DNA of 48,434 nucleotides from an uncultured Halobacteriales archaeon (GTDB lineage Archaea; Halobacteriota; Halobacteria; Halobacteriales; PXRE01): NCBI GenBank assembly GCA_964435625.1, contig CAYTAG010000002.1, positions 1 to 48,434 of the forward strand, read 5' to 3'. Shown piece by piece: positions 35,157 to 44,377 of this stretch (position 1 is its first letter; each line of letters starts with the position of its first letter). The notes under the pieces were generated by a model. It saw only the letters and a program-made list of their open reading frames with translations, ran no database searches and was not told where the DNA came from. The position numbers and the translations under genes were made by a program.

Positions 35157-35186
35157 GAGCGTCGACGCGCTCGCGGAGCGCGACGA

Positions 35187-35260
35187 AGCCAGGGGTGGGA
35201 TTCGAACCCACGAACTCCCGATTACAAGTCGGGTGCTTGGACCACCCAAGCTCCCCTGGC
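35187..35260 (-). tRNA. tRNA-Thr (anticodon UGU)
   Basis: Minus strand: GCCAGGG GA GCTT GGGTGGTCC AAGC A CCCGA CTTGTAA TCGGG AGTTC GTGGG TTCGAAT CCCAC CCCTGGC. It folds into a perfect cloverleaf with a 7-bp acceptor stem, a GTTCGAATC T-loop and anticodon TGT. No encoded CCA. Confidence 0.9.
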
Positions 35261-35280
35261 GCGTCCGACAGTACCCGCCC

Positions 35281-35850
35281 TCAATTTGTATGTGTGTCGC
35301 TTTCGAGCCCTTTCTCCAGTTCCAGTCGGTGCGGTTCGTATCCTCGCCGCCGGTAGAGCCGCCGGGCGGCCTCGTTGTCGGCCATGACCTCCAGGGCGAC
35401 CACGTCCAGGCCAGCCTCGGCCATCCGGCGTTCGGCCGCGTTCAGCAGGGCCGAGCCGATCCCCCGGCCGCGGTACGCGGGACGGACGTAGACGTTCCGG
35501 ACGAACCCCCTCGCGACGTCACGGTCGTAACCGTCGGACTGGGGACCGAACATCACGAACCCGACGACGTCGGCCTCCGGGACACCGTCTTCCCCGTCGC
35601 CGTCCTCACGCTCGGCGTCGTCCGCCCGGCTACCGTCGTGCTCGTCCGCCCGGTCACCCTCGACGCCGCCCGTCCTGGCGACCAGCAGGCCCTCAGTCAG
35701 GACGTGGCGGCCGACCGCCTCGCGGACGGTCCCGCGGTTGACCGCGGCCAGCAGGTGCGAGGCGTGCTCGCGCTGTTCGGCCGCGAGGTCGACCCAGCAC
35801 TCGACGACCGCGTCCACGTCCTCGAGGTCGGCCGACTCGATCCGGGTCAC
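35281..35850 (-). CDS. GNAT family N-acetyltransferase
   Basis: 189 aa. The GTG start at 35850 overlaps the pgk stop (GTGA). Acetyl-CoA motif: VYVRPAYRGRGIGSALLNAAERRMAEAGLDVVALEVMADNEAARRLYRRRGY. Confidence 0.8.
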   Translation of the reverse strand: MTRIESADLEDVDAVVECWVDLAAEQREHASHLLAAVNRGTVREAVGRHVLTEGLLVARTGGVEGDRADEHDGSRADDAEREDGDGEDGVPEADVVGFVMFGPQSDGYDRDVARGFVRNVYVRPAYRGRGIGSALLNAAERRMAEAGLDVVALEVMADNEAARRLYRRRGYEPHRLELEKGLESDTHTN

Positions 35851-37046
35851 GACCCCTCCAAGGCCTCGACAGCCGCCAGCGGCTCGCCGGTGAGCATCTG
35901 CAGGCAGGCGCCGCCGCCGGTGCTGACGTGGTCGAACCCCTCGATCCCGAGGTCCCGGATCGCGGCCGCCGTGTCGCCGCCGCCGACGATGCTGTACTCG
36001 GCGTCGGCCGCGGCCCCGTAGATACCCCGGGTTCCGTGGGCGAACGTCTCCCGCTCGAACACCCCGGCGGGGCCGTTGAGGACGACCGTTCCGGCTTCCT
36101 GTACGGCCCGGGCGTAGTGCTCGACCGTCTTCGAGCCGACGTCCAGCGCCGCCTCGCCCTCCTGGAACGTCCGCACCAGGCCCAGTTCGGTCCGTTCGCC
36201 GTCGCGCTCGACGGCGACGTCCCGGGGCAGGCGAATGGCGTCACCGTAGGCGTCCAGCAGGTCGCTCGCACGGTCGACCTGGTCCCAGTAGCCCTCCTCG
36301 TAGATGAACTCCGTCGTGGCGTCCCCGAGGTCGACGCCGTCGGCGATCATGAACACGTTTCCCACGACTCCGCAGGTGAGTACCTCGTCGGCGACGCCGT
36401 CCCGCAGGACGCTCTCGGCGACGTCCAGGGAGTCGGGCACCTTCGCGCCGCCGAGCACGAACACCCGGGGCCGGGGCGTCTCCTCGATTGCGCCCAGCAC
36501 GTCGAGTTCGCGCTCCATCACGCGACCGGCGTAGGCGGGCAACCGCTGGGGGAACCCGACGATGGACGGCTGCGAGCGGTGGGCGGCGGCGAACGCGTCG
36601 TTGACGTAGATGTCCAGCGCGGGCACCAGTTTCTCGACGAGGAACGTCTCGGCGGCCTCCGCCGGTTCGAACTCCATGTACTCCTCGCTGTAGAAGCGGG
36701 TGTTCTCCAGCACCACGGCTTCGCCCCGGTCGAGGGACTGCACGCGCTCGCGTGCGCACGCGGAGAACGTACAGTCTTCGTAGCCGACCGGCGCGTCGAG
36801 CAACTCGTCGAAGCGGTCGGCGTGGCCCGACAGCGGCGCGAACTCGTCGCCGCCGGGCCGGCCCTGGTGTGCCAGGACCGCCACCCGTCCACCCCGGTCG
36901 CAGAGTTCAGAGAGCGTGTCGACGTGCGCACGGAGCCGCGCGTCGTCGGCGAGCGCGCCGTCCCCGGAGAGCGGACTGTTGACGTCGACGCGGACGGCGA
37001 CCCGTTTCCCGTCGACGGCCAGGTCGTCGAGCGTCCGTACGGACAT
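35847..37046 (-). CDS. pgk: Phosphoglycerate kinase
   Basis: 399 aa from ATG 37046 (MSVRTLDDLAVDGKRVAVRVDVNSPL..). Motifs: LAHQGRPG, LENTRF, YVNDAFAAAHR, FVLGGAKV.D, NGP.GVFE, GGGDTAAA, STGGGA. The track ORF up to 37889 is a spurious extension. Confidence 0.9.
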   Translation of the reverse strand: MSVRTLDDLAVDGKRVAVRVDVNSPLSGDGALADDARLRAHVDTLSELCDRGGRVAVLAHQGRPGGDEFAPLSGHADRFDELLDAPVGYEDCTFSACARERVQSLDRGEAVVLENTRFYSEEYMEFEPAEAAETFLVEKLVPALDIYVNDAFAAAHRSQPSIVGFPQRLPAYAGRVMERELDVLGAIEETPRPRVFVLGGAKVPDSLDVAESVLRDGVADEVLTCGVVGNVFMIADGVDLGDATTEFIYEEGYWDQVDRASDLLDAYGDAIRLPRDVAVERDGERTELGLVRTFQEGEAALDVGSKTVEHYARAVQEAGTVVLNGPAGVFERETFAHGTRGIYGAAADAEYSIVGGGDTAAAIRDLGIEGFDHVSTGGGACLQMLTGEPLAAVEALEGS

Positions 37047-37181
37047 GCCAGAACGTGCGTCTGGGCGCCCGATAGACCTTTCCCTCGGTCGTTCCGGCGT
37101 GAGCCGTCTACGGAACGTCGGCGAACGTTTCAAAGAAAGGTTTATCCACCAGTCGCCGCCCTCTTTGTGGTAGGGACGAAA

Positions 37182-38294
37182 ATGGGAGTTCGTGACACGG
37201 TACACCGTGGACGGATCGTAGCGCTCGAACGCCCGGACGTCTTCCTCGTCTGGGTCCTGGGCGCGGCGCTGGTGGTCGACCTGCTGTGGGGCCTGGCCAC
37301 CGGCGGGATCGCGTTCTCGACCCTCGCGAGCAACGCCTGGGACGGAATCATGCGCGGACTGGTCATCGGACTCGCCGGGATCGGACTCTCGATGACCTAC
37401 AGCATCCTGAACTTCGCGAACTTCGCCCACGGTGAGTACATCACCGCCGGCGCGTTCGCGGGCTGGAGCGTCACGTACGTCATCTCCGGCCTTGGCGAGT
37501 ACGACCTGGGTTCGCTGATCCTGGTCGGCCCCCAGTCGGACGTGACGGGTAGCATCATCGGCATCGGGGTCGCGTCGACGCCGCTGGCGGTCCTCGTCGG
37601 ACTGCTCGTGGCCGGCGCCGCCGCGGTCGGCCTGGCGTTGCTGATCGACCGCGTCGTCTACCGGCCGTTGCGGGACGAAGGCGGGATCACGCTGTTGATC
37701 ACGAGCATCGGGGTCGCGTTCGCCCTGCGGTACCTGATCGCGTTCGTGTTCGACGCCAGCACCCGTAGCACCGCCGGGGCCAACGGGAACCCGGACGTCC
37801 GGCTGAACTTCATCGACGGGACCGTCAGGGTCAGCGCCCACGACGTGACGCTGGTGGTCGTCTCCGTCGGGTTGATGCTGGGCGTCCACTACCTGCTGCA
37901 GCGGACGAAACTCGGCAAGGCGATGCGCGCGATGGCCGACAACGAGGACCTCGCACGGGTCACCGGCATCCCCACCGAGCAGGTCGTCCGCTCGACGTGG
38001 ATCGTCGGCGGCGGCCTCACCGGCCTCGCCGGGTTCATGCTCGTGCTCTGGAAGGGGACCATCCGGTTCAACGACGGCTGGCTGCTGTTGCTGCTGATCT
38101 TCGCGGCGGTCATCATGGGCGGCATCGGCTCGATCTACGGGGCCATCGCCGGCGGCCTGGTCATCGGGATCGTCGCGTCGACGTCGGTGCTGTGGGTGCC
38201 GCCCGGGTTGACCGAGGCGACGGCGTTCCTGGTGATGATCCTGGTGTTGCTGTTCCGGCCCGAGGGCATCTTCAGCGGGAGGTCCACAGCATGA
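37182..38294 (+). CDS. livH: Branched-chain amino acid ABC transporter permease (LivH family)
   Basis: 370 aa from ATG 37182, the C-terminal part of track ORF 35928..38294. Motifs: GLSMTYSILNFANFAHGEY, RPLR, GKAMRA...N...A...GI, GG.GSI.GA..GG. Confidence 0.85.
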   Translation: MGVRDTVHRGRIVALERPDVFLVWVLGAALVVDLLWGLATGGIAFSTLASNAWDGIMRGLVIGLAGIGLSMTYSILNFANFAHGEYITAGAFAGWSVTYVISGLGEYDLGSLILVGPQSDVTGSIIGIGVASTPLAVLVGLLVAGAAAVGLALLIDRVVYRPLRDEGGITLLITSIGVAFALRYLIAFVFDASTRSTAGANGNPDVRLNFIDGTVRVSAHDVTLVVVSVGLMLGVHYLLQRTKLGKAMRAMADNEDLARVTGIPTEQVVRSTWIVGGGLTGLAGFMLVLWKGTIRFNDGWLLLLLIFAAVIMGGIGSIYGAIAGGLVIGIVASTSVLWVPPGLTEATAFLVMILVLLFRPEGIFSGRSTA

Positions 38295-39607
38295 GCGGGG
38301 AAACCGACGTCGGCGAGCGGGTCGAGACCACGCCGGACTGGCAGATCGTCGTCTCCGTCCTGGCGGTCATCTACCTGGCGTACGTCGTCTCGGGGGTGCT
38401 GCTGGACTATCCCCTCCGGGGCCAGATCAACGCGATGGGCGACCTGACCTTCTACGTCGCCATGTTCGCGATGCTGTCGCTGGCGTTGAACCTCCACTGG
38501 GGGTACACCGGCCTGTTCAACATCGGGGTCGTCGCGTTCATGGCCATCGGCGTCTACACGATGGCGGTGCTGGTCAAGCCGCCGCTCTCCCAGGACCCGA
38601 CGGCCCAGATCGGCGGCCTGGGGCTGCCGGTCCCGGTCGGCATCGTCGCCGGCGTCGTGGCGGCCATCGTCTTCGGGCTCGTCGTCTCGCTGCCCGCGCT
38701 CAGACTGCGGGCGGACTACCTCGCCATCGTGACCATCGCCTTCTCGGAGATCATGCGCTTTACGTTCCTCGAGACGTCGATCAAGCGGTTCACGCTGTTC
38801 GGGACCGAGACGGGCCTCGGCGGCGGCGCCGGACTCGTGTTCAACATGCCCTCCCCGATGAACTGGCTGATCGGTACGTTGGGGATACGTGGGCCGTATC
38901 TCGACCTCGCGTCGTGGCTCGGGACGGTGCTGGAGATCAGCAACGCGAAGGCGGTGCTGGACAACCTGTTGTACAGCCTCATCCTGGTGCTGTTCGTCGT
39001 CGCGTTCTACTGGCTGCTCCAGCGCATCGGCCGGTCGCCGTTCGGCCGCGTCCTCAAGGCCATTCGCGAGGACGAGGACGTCGCCAGGGCGCTCGGAAAG
39101 AACACCAACTGGTTCAAGATGCAGTCGTTCATGGTCGGCTGTGGACTCATGGGCCTGATCGGCGTCCTCTGGTACTACGACCAGGGGGCAATCAACCCCA
39201 ACAACTTCCGGCCCCGACTGACCTTCTACGCCTGGATCGCGCTCATCATCGGCGGCGCCGGGTCGAACACGGGCAGCGTCCTGGGCGGTGCGGTCTTCGC
39301 CGGACTCCTGTTCCAGGGCCCGGTCTACGTGAAAAACCTCGTCACGACGGCGTTCGGCTCCGGGAGTGCGCCACAGACGTTCGCCGGCGCGGTCGGGCCC
39401 CTGTTCTCGAACCTCGATCCGGGGCCGTTCGCGTACTACGTCCTCGGGAGCATCAACCAGCTCCAGATCGTCTTCATGGGCGTCGTGTTGATCTGGTTGA
39501 TGCACAACCGGCCGGAGGGACTGCTCGGTCACCGCAACGAGGAGGCGGCCGCGGTCGACCTGACGGATCGGCCGGTGGTCTCGGACGGAGGTGGTGACGG
39601 TGAGTGA
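38291..39607 (+). CDS. livM: Branched-chain amino acid ABC transporter permease (LivM family)
   Basis: ATG 38291 overlaps the livH stop (ATGA). Motifs: LALNLHWGYTGLFNIGVVAFMAIGVY, LRLRADYLAIVTIAFSEI, G..L.A.RE.E..A.A.G. Confidence 0.85.
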   Translation: MSGETDVGERVETTPDWQIVVSVLAVIYLAYVVSGVLLDYPLRGQINAMGDLTFYVAMFAMLSLALNLHWGYTGLFNIGVVAFMAIGVYTMAVLVKPPLSQDPTAQIGGLGLPVPVGIVAGVVAAIVFGLVVSLPALRLRADYLAIVTIAFSEIMRFTFLETSIKRFTLFGTETGLGGGAGLVFNMPSPMNWLIGTLGIRGPYLDLASWLGTVLEISNAKAVLDNLLYSLILVLFVVAFYWLLQRIGRSPFGRVLKAIREDEDVARALGKNTNWFKMQSFMVGCGLMGLIGVLWYYDQGAINPNNFRPRLTFYAWIALIIGGAGSNTGSVLGGAVFAGLLFQGPVYVKNLVTTAFGSGSAPQTFAGAVGPLFSNLDPGPFAYYVLGSINQLQIVFMGVVLIWLMHNRPEGLLGHRNEEAAAVDLTDRPVVSDGGGDGE

Positions 39608-40451
39608 GACGGCCGGGAGTACCGACGAGAGCGACGGGATCGCCCTGGAGGCCGGACTCGGCGGCGGGTCCCCCGACCTCGCGGAGTACCCGCTGCAGGT
39701 CCAGGACCTCCGCAAGGAGTTCGGCGGGATCACCGCCGTCGACGGGGTCAGCTTCGAGATCGAGGCCGGGACGTTGACCGGCCTCATCGGCCCGAACGGC
39801 GCCGGGAAGTCCACCACGTTCGACTGCATCACCGGGATGCACGACCCCGACGGCGGCACGGTGAGGTTCAACGGCGAGGACGTCACGGGGATGGAGCCAC
39901 ACGAGATCGCCCAGCGCGGGCTCGTCCGGACGTTCCAGATCGCGCGCGAACTCGCGGACATGACCGTGCTGGAGAACATGATGCTGGCGCCGAAGGGCCA
40001 GCGCGGCGAACGGCTCTGGCAGTCGGTGCTGCCGGGGACCCGCGACCGCGTGATCGAACAGGAGACCGAGCTGGTCGAGCAGGTCTGGAACGCCCTGGAG
40101 TTCTTCGACATCGACCACCTCGCCCGCGAGCGTGCGGGCAACCTCTCGGGCGGCCAGCGGAAACTGCTGGAACTGGCCCGGGCGATGCTGACCGACCCCG
40201 ACATGCTACTGCTGGACGAACCGTTCGCCGGAGTCAACCCGACGCTGGAGGCGCGGTTGCTGGAGCACGTCCACGAACTCCGCGAGCGGGGGTACACGTT
40301 CCTGATCGTCGAACACGACATGGACCTCATCATGAACAACTGCGAGCGGGTGATCGTGATGCACCAGGGCAAACTCCTCACCGACGGGACGCCGACGGAG
40401 GTCAAACAGGACGAGGAAGTCATCGAGGCCTACCTGGGGGGTCGGGCGTGA
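39591..40451 (+). CDS. livG: ABC transporter ATP-binding protein (LivG family)
   Basis: GTG start at 39591, 39594 or 39600, overlapping the livM end. Walker A GPNGAGKST, signature LSGGQRKLLELARAM, Walker B LLLDEPFAGV, and EHDMDL. Confidence 0.85.
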   Translation: MVTVSETAGSTDESDGIALEAGLGGGSPDLAEYPLQVQDLRKEFGGITAVDGVSFEIEAGTLTGLIGPNGAGKSTTFDCITGMHDPDGGTVRFNGEDVTGMEPHEIAQRGLVRTFQIARELADMTVLENMMLAPKGQRGERLWQSVLPGTRDRVIEQETELVEQVWNALEFFDIDHLARERAGNLSGGQRKLLELARAMLTDPDMLLLDEPFAGVNPTLEARLLEHVHELRERGYTFLIVEHDMDLIMNNCERVIVMHQGKLLTDGTPTEVKQDEEVIEAYLGGRA

Positions 40452-41218
40452 GCGACGCCGAGCCCGCGGGCGAGGCCGAGGCGTCGACCGACGCCGGGAT
40501 CCCGGAGGGCGAGCACATGCTCCGCGTCGAGGGCCTGGACGCCGGCTACGGCGAGGACCTGCAGATCCTCACGTCGGTCGACCTGTTCGTCGACCGCGGG
40601 GAGTACGTGACCATCGTCGGCCCGAACGGCGCCGGCAAGTCGACGGCGATGAAGTCCGTCTTCGGGCTGACGACGCACATGGGCGGCCGCATCGAGTTCG
40701 ACGGCCGGGACGTCACCGGGCTCGCCCCCGAGGAGATCATCCGGCTGGGCATCGGCTACGTCCCCCAGTCGGACAACGTCTTCACGAGCCTGTCGGTCCG
40801 GGAGAACCTCGAAATGGGCGCGTACATCCTCGACGAGGTGCCTCGGGACGCCCTGGAGGCCGTCTACGACCGGTTCCCGATCCTGCAGGAGCGCGAGGAC
40901 CAGCGCGCGGGCAACCTCTCCGGCGGCCAACAGCAGATGCTCGCGATGGGCCGGGCGCTGATGCTCGATCCGGACCTCCTGCTTCTGGACGAACCGTCGG
41001 CGGGCCTGGCGCCGGACCTGGTCGACGAGATGTTCGACCGGATCGACGTGATCAACGACGACGGCACCGCCATCCTGATGGTCGAGCAGAACGCCAAGGA
41101 GGCGCTGCGCCGCTGTGACCGCGGGTACGTCCTCGCGCAGGGCGAGAACCGGTACATGGACGACGGCGACGTCCTCCTGTCCGACGAGAACGTCCGCCAG
41201 CAGTTCCTGGGCGGGTAG
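40448..41218 (+). CDS. livF: ABC transporter ATP-binding protein (LivF family)
   Basis: GTG 40448 overlaps the livG stop (GTGA). Walker A GPNGAGKST, signature LSGGQQQMLAMGRAL, Walker B LLLDEPSAGL, and VEQN. Confidence 0.85.
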   Translation: MSDAEPAGEAEASTDAGIPEGEHMLRVEGLDAGYGEDLQILTSVDLFVDRGEYVTIVGPNGAGKSTAMKSVFGLTTHMGGRIEFDGRDVTGLAPEEIIRLGIGYVPQSDNVFTSLSVRENLEMGAYILDEVPRDALEAVYDRFPILQEREDQRAGNLSGGQQQMLAMGRALMLDPDLLLLDEPSAGLAPDLVDEMFDRIDVINDDGTAILMVEQNAKEALRRCDRGYVLAQGENRYMDDGDVLLSDENVRQQFLGG

Positions 41219-41380
41219 GCCCCCTTTTCAGAGCGGCCTAGCCCGACCGACTCGCACCAGCGTCACGGCCGCCGCTACAGCGGGTACGGATGCTGTAGCG
41301 ACGGGGGTACGGACGACGGCACAGGCGTCGCTACCGAACGGGGCGCCGAAAGAAATCCAGATCGCGGACGGGTCCGTCGC

Positions 41381-42676
41381 TTACTCCGACAGCGCGTCCT
41401 CGATCTTGCTGGTGTAGGAGGACTGGCCCTGGTTGAACGCCACCTGGTTCCAGACCTCGCCGTCGTACTCGCTCTCGAACGTCTCCGCGAAGGCGTTCGA
41501 GAGCTGTTCGCCGTAGTCGTTGTTGACGTACAGCGTGGTGCCGGTCGAGGCCTCCTGGCGGTCGGCGGCGACCCGGGCCATGAACGGGCCCTGGAACTTG
41601 TCCGAGGGGGCCGTCCGGAAGATGTAGTCGTTGTCGTCGAGGCTGGTGACCGACAGCGCCGTCGAGGACGGCGAACAACCCACGATCTCGTTGGGGATGA
41701 GGACGTTCTGGCAGACCCCGACGTTCACGCCCGAGGACGCCGACCCACAGATCGACGGGTAGCCGGCGTTGACCAGCGTCTCCGCGCGGCTGACGCCGGT
41801 CGCGGAGTCGGTGGCGGTGTCCTCGACCTGCGTGTCGACCTCCAGGTCGACGTCGCTGTCGTTGACCTGCATCGCCGGGATCTGGCTGGCGTTGATCATC
41901 TGTTCGCCGACCGGCGCCAGCGACCCCGTGCTGGGCAGCAGGATGCCGACGCTGATCGTCCGGCCGAACCCGCCGGAACCGGAATCGGCCATCGACCCGG
42001 CGCCCTCGGGGTTTTCACCCTCGAACGTCTCGGTGTCGACGTTCTCGGTGGCCTCGTCGGTGAACTCCCAGATGTTGTAGGCTGCCGACGCCGGGTCGCC
42101 GGCCTCGTCGAAGTTGACGGAACTGGACGCCCCCTGGTAGTCGATGTCGTCGCCGTTGGCGGCCGCCTCGACGCCCTCGATGAAGTTCTCGGGGCCGACC
42201 CCCATGCCGCCCGGGTTGGCCATCCGGCGCATCTGGTCGCGGATGGCGGGCCCGCTGTTCTCGCCGGCGGCGGCGTTGGCCAGGATCTGGATGGCGACCG
42301 AGTCGTACGACTGGGCCGTGAACACCCCCGGCGAACTGCCGTACTCGTCCTCGTACATCCCGGTGTACGCCTCCTGGTTCGGGCCGCCCGCGGCGGGCGC
42401 CGTCCCCATGACGCTGCTCAGGTCGTGGCCGACGTTCGCCGCCAGGTCGGCCGACCGCAGCCCGTCCGGCACGATGACCTGCTGGTCACTGCTGGCGGTC
42501 TCGTAGAAGTCCTGGAACAGCTGGATGCCGTCCTCCGGGTACCCGATGATGTTCACCACGTCCGGGGAGTCGTCCCCGCCGGATCCACCGATGCACCCGG
42601 CGAGCCCGGTCAGCCCGGCGAATCCCGACGCGCCGATGCCCTTCATGACGGTTCGACGATTGATATTCCGTGCCAT
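41381..42676 (-). CDS. ABC transporter substrate-binding lipoprotein (type I periplasmic-binding fold, Liv-type), Tat signal
   Basis: The N-terminus MARNINRRTVMKGIGASGFAGLTGLAGCIGG has a twin-arginine motif plus a lipobox Cys. The gene is convergent with the liv ATPase genes. Confidence 0.8.
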   Translation of the reverse strand: MARNINRRTVMKGIGASGFAGLTGLAGCIGGSGGDDSPDVVNIIGYPEDGIQLFQDFYETASSDQQVIVPDGLRSADLAANVGHDLSSVMGTAPAAGGPNQEAYTGMYEDEYGSSPGVFTAQSYDSVAIQILANAAAGENSGPAIRDQMRRMANPGGMGVGPENFIEGVEAAANGDDIDYQGASSSVNFDEAGDPASAAYNIWEFTDEATENVDTETFEGENPEGAGSMADSGSGGFGRTISVGILLPSTGSLAPVGEQMINASQIPAMQVNDSDVDLEVDTQVEDTATDSATGVSRAETLVNAGYPSICGSASSGVNVGVCQNVLIPNEIVGCSPSSTALSVTSLDDNDYIFRTAPSDKFQGPFMARVAADRQEASTGTTLYVNNDYGEQLSNAFAETFESEYDGEVWNQVAFNQGQSSYTSKIEDALSE

Positions 42677-42813
42677 ACTATCGGGAAGGTTACCAACCTT
42701 ACTATATAAATCTGCCTCTCTGACTACAGCCCGTGACCGACGCCAGCGGCCGATTCCGCCCGCTCCGCCGTCGGGACCGGAGCGTCAAGTCACATCCATT
42801 ACATGAAGATCGG

Positions 42814-43380
42814 CTACACTTCCCGGCAGTCGCCACAGATGAGCTGGCCGTTGAAGTTCTGCAGGTCCGGGGTCAGCGACCCGCAGGCCTCGCAGACGCC
42901 CTGTCTGGCGTACTCGGCTTCGGCGTCGGCAGCCTCGCCGACGTCGGCGGCCACCGCGGCCACGTCGCGGTCGCGGCCACCCTCGTGGGCTGGTCTCGTC
43001 GAGAGCGAGGCGGCGGCCCCGACGACGTCCCGTTCGGTGACGAGGCCGACGAGGTCGTCGCCGTCGGTGACCAGCAGGCACTCCGTGCCAGCCTCCGCGA
43101 GCTTGTTCGCGGCGTCGACGAATCCCGCCGCCGCCGGGACCGACGGCGTCGTCCCCGACATCGCAGCCGAAACCGGGCCGTCCGGCTCCCCGCCGCCGGC
43201 GAGGTGTGCGAGCGCGTCGGACGTCGTGAGCATCCCGACCGGGTCGCTGCCGCGGAGCACGACCGCCGCCCTGGCGTCCTCGGCCAGCAACAGGTCGGCC
43301 GCGCCCGAGACCGGATCGGACTCGCTGACCCCGACGTACTCCCTGGTCATGAGATCCCGGACCGTGACGTCTACCTCCAT
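42814..43380 (-). CDS. CBS domain pair protein with a C-terminal zinc ribbon
   Basis: Two CBS-like repeats (VRDLMTREYVGVSE...AVVLRGSDPVGMLTTSD; ..ECLLVTDGDDLVGLVTERDV) and a C-terminal CEACGS...(x13)...CGDC. Confidence 0.75.
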   Translation of the reverse strand: MEVDVTVRDLMTREYVGVSESDPVSGAADLLLAEDARAAVVLRGSDPVGMLTTSDALAHLAGGGEPDGPVSAAMSGTTPSVPAAAGFVDAANKLAEAGTECLLVTDGDDLVGLVTERDVVGAAASLSTRPAHEGGRDRDVAAVAADVGEAADAEAEYARQGVCEACGSLTPDLQNFNGQLICGDCREV

Positions 43381-43455
43381 GGTTGGTGGTTTCGGTGGCT
43401 CGGGCTAAAAGCTACTCCCGGTATCCTTAATAGCCGAGCCGCGGTATTTCAGGGG

Positions 43456-44223
43456 TTAGCGATCCTCGGCGAACTCGACGGCCGTCCCGCGGCCGCGGCA
43501 GGTCTCCAGGGCGTGTTTGGCGGCCATGCCGGCGTCGCCGGCCGTCCCGGCCCGGCCGACGCCGACTTTCAACTCGACGTCCGTCGTCTCGTGGACGTGA
43601 TCGATGGCGGACTCGTAGGCCGCCGCGTCGAGGTCGGGCGTGACGCCGATTATGTTGTCCCCGCCGACGAAGAAACACAGCGAGTCGTGCTCGTGGCGCA
43701 TGTACCGCATCAGTTCCGCGTACCCCTGCTCGACGTGGATGAACGCGTCGAAGGCGTTGTAGCGGTCGGTGTACTCCTCGGTCATGTCGTTGACGTCGAA
43801 GTGTGCGATCTGGACGTCGTCGGGTTCGCGGTAGGACTCGTCGATGGTCCGGCCACGGAGGATCTCCTGGCGGGACCGGTCCTGGGCGCTACCCTCCTCC
43901 TGGAGCCGGCGGGAGGCGTCCTCCAGCGCCTGGACGGGGGTCGTCCCGGTGGCCACCGAGAAGCTGACGGTCACCGGATAACGGTTCCCGACCGACTCCT
44001 GGACGAGCGCGTGGTCGTCCATCGACAGGCCGTTGCTCACCGCGATCATGTTGTCGAACCGCGTGAAGAAGACGTAGCCGTCCGCGTTCCCGAACGACTG
44101 CGAGAGGTCGGCGTACAGCCGCGACTGCAGCGTCTGGAGGTCGACCTCCCGCCGGGGCTCCGGCGACACGGTCCACGGGCCGTAGTTGTCGATCTGGACG
44201 AGCGTGACCTGGGTGTTCGTCAC
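43456..44223 (-). CDS. gch3: GTP cyclohydrolase III (archaeal FAPy-forming enzyme, MJ0145 family)
   Basis: 255 aa from GTG 44223 (V/M-TNTQVTLVQIDNYGPWTVSPEPRREVDLQTLQSRLYADL..), near-identical in pattern to the N-terminus of the MJ0145 family, plus FFVGGDN. The longer track ORF up to 44697 is rejected. Confidence 0.85.
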   Translation of the reverse strand: MTNTQVTLVQIDNYGPWTVSPEPRREVDLQTLQSRLYADLSQSFGNADGYVFFTRFDNMIAVSNGLSMDDHALVQESVGNRYPVTVSFSVATGTTPVQALEDASRRLQEEGSAQDRSRQEILRGRTIDESYREPDDVQIAHFDVNDMTEEYTDRYNAFDAFIHVEQGYAELMRYMRHEHDSLCFFVGGDNIIGVTPDLDAAAYESAIDHVHETTDVELKVGVGRAGTAGDAGMAAKHALETCRGRGTAVEFAEDR

Positions 44224-44377
44224 GGTGACCGGCCGTTCGGGGCAGGGGGCTATAAGTGGACTGAAGCGTGCGGCGGCACGACGGGAGCGACCGTGATATG
44301 ATGACGGGGAACCGTCACGTCTGAACGCAAACACCAGGGTTATAGTCGGTAAGGACGCACTGGGCAACATAGCATTC

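Noticed and set aside
35061-35186. A second complete tRNA (possibly intron-containing) between the IS and tRNA-Thr.
   Set aside because: I tried acceptor, anticodon and T-arm pairings on both strands. T-loops are degenerate (TTTGAGT, or one T missing) and no complementary 5' acceptor strand exists. The motifs were interpreted as relics instead.
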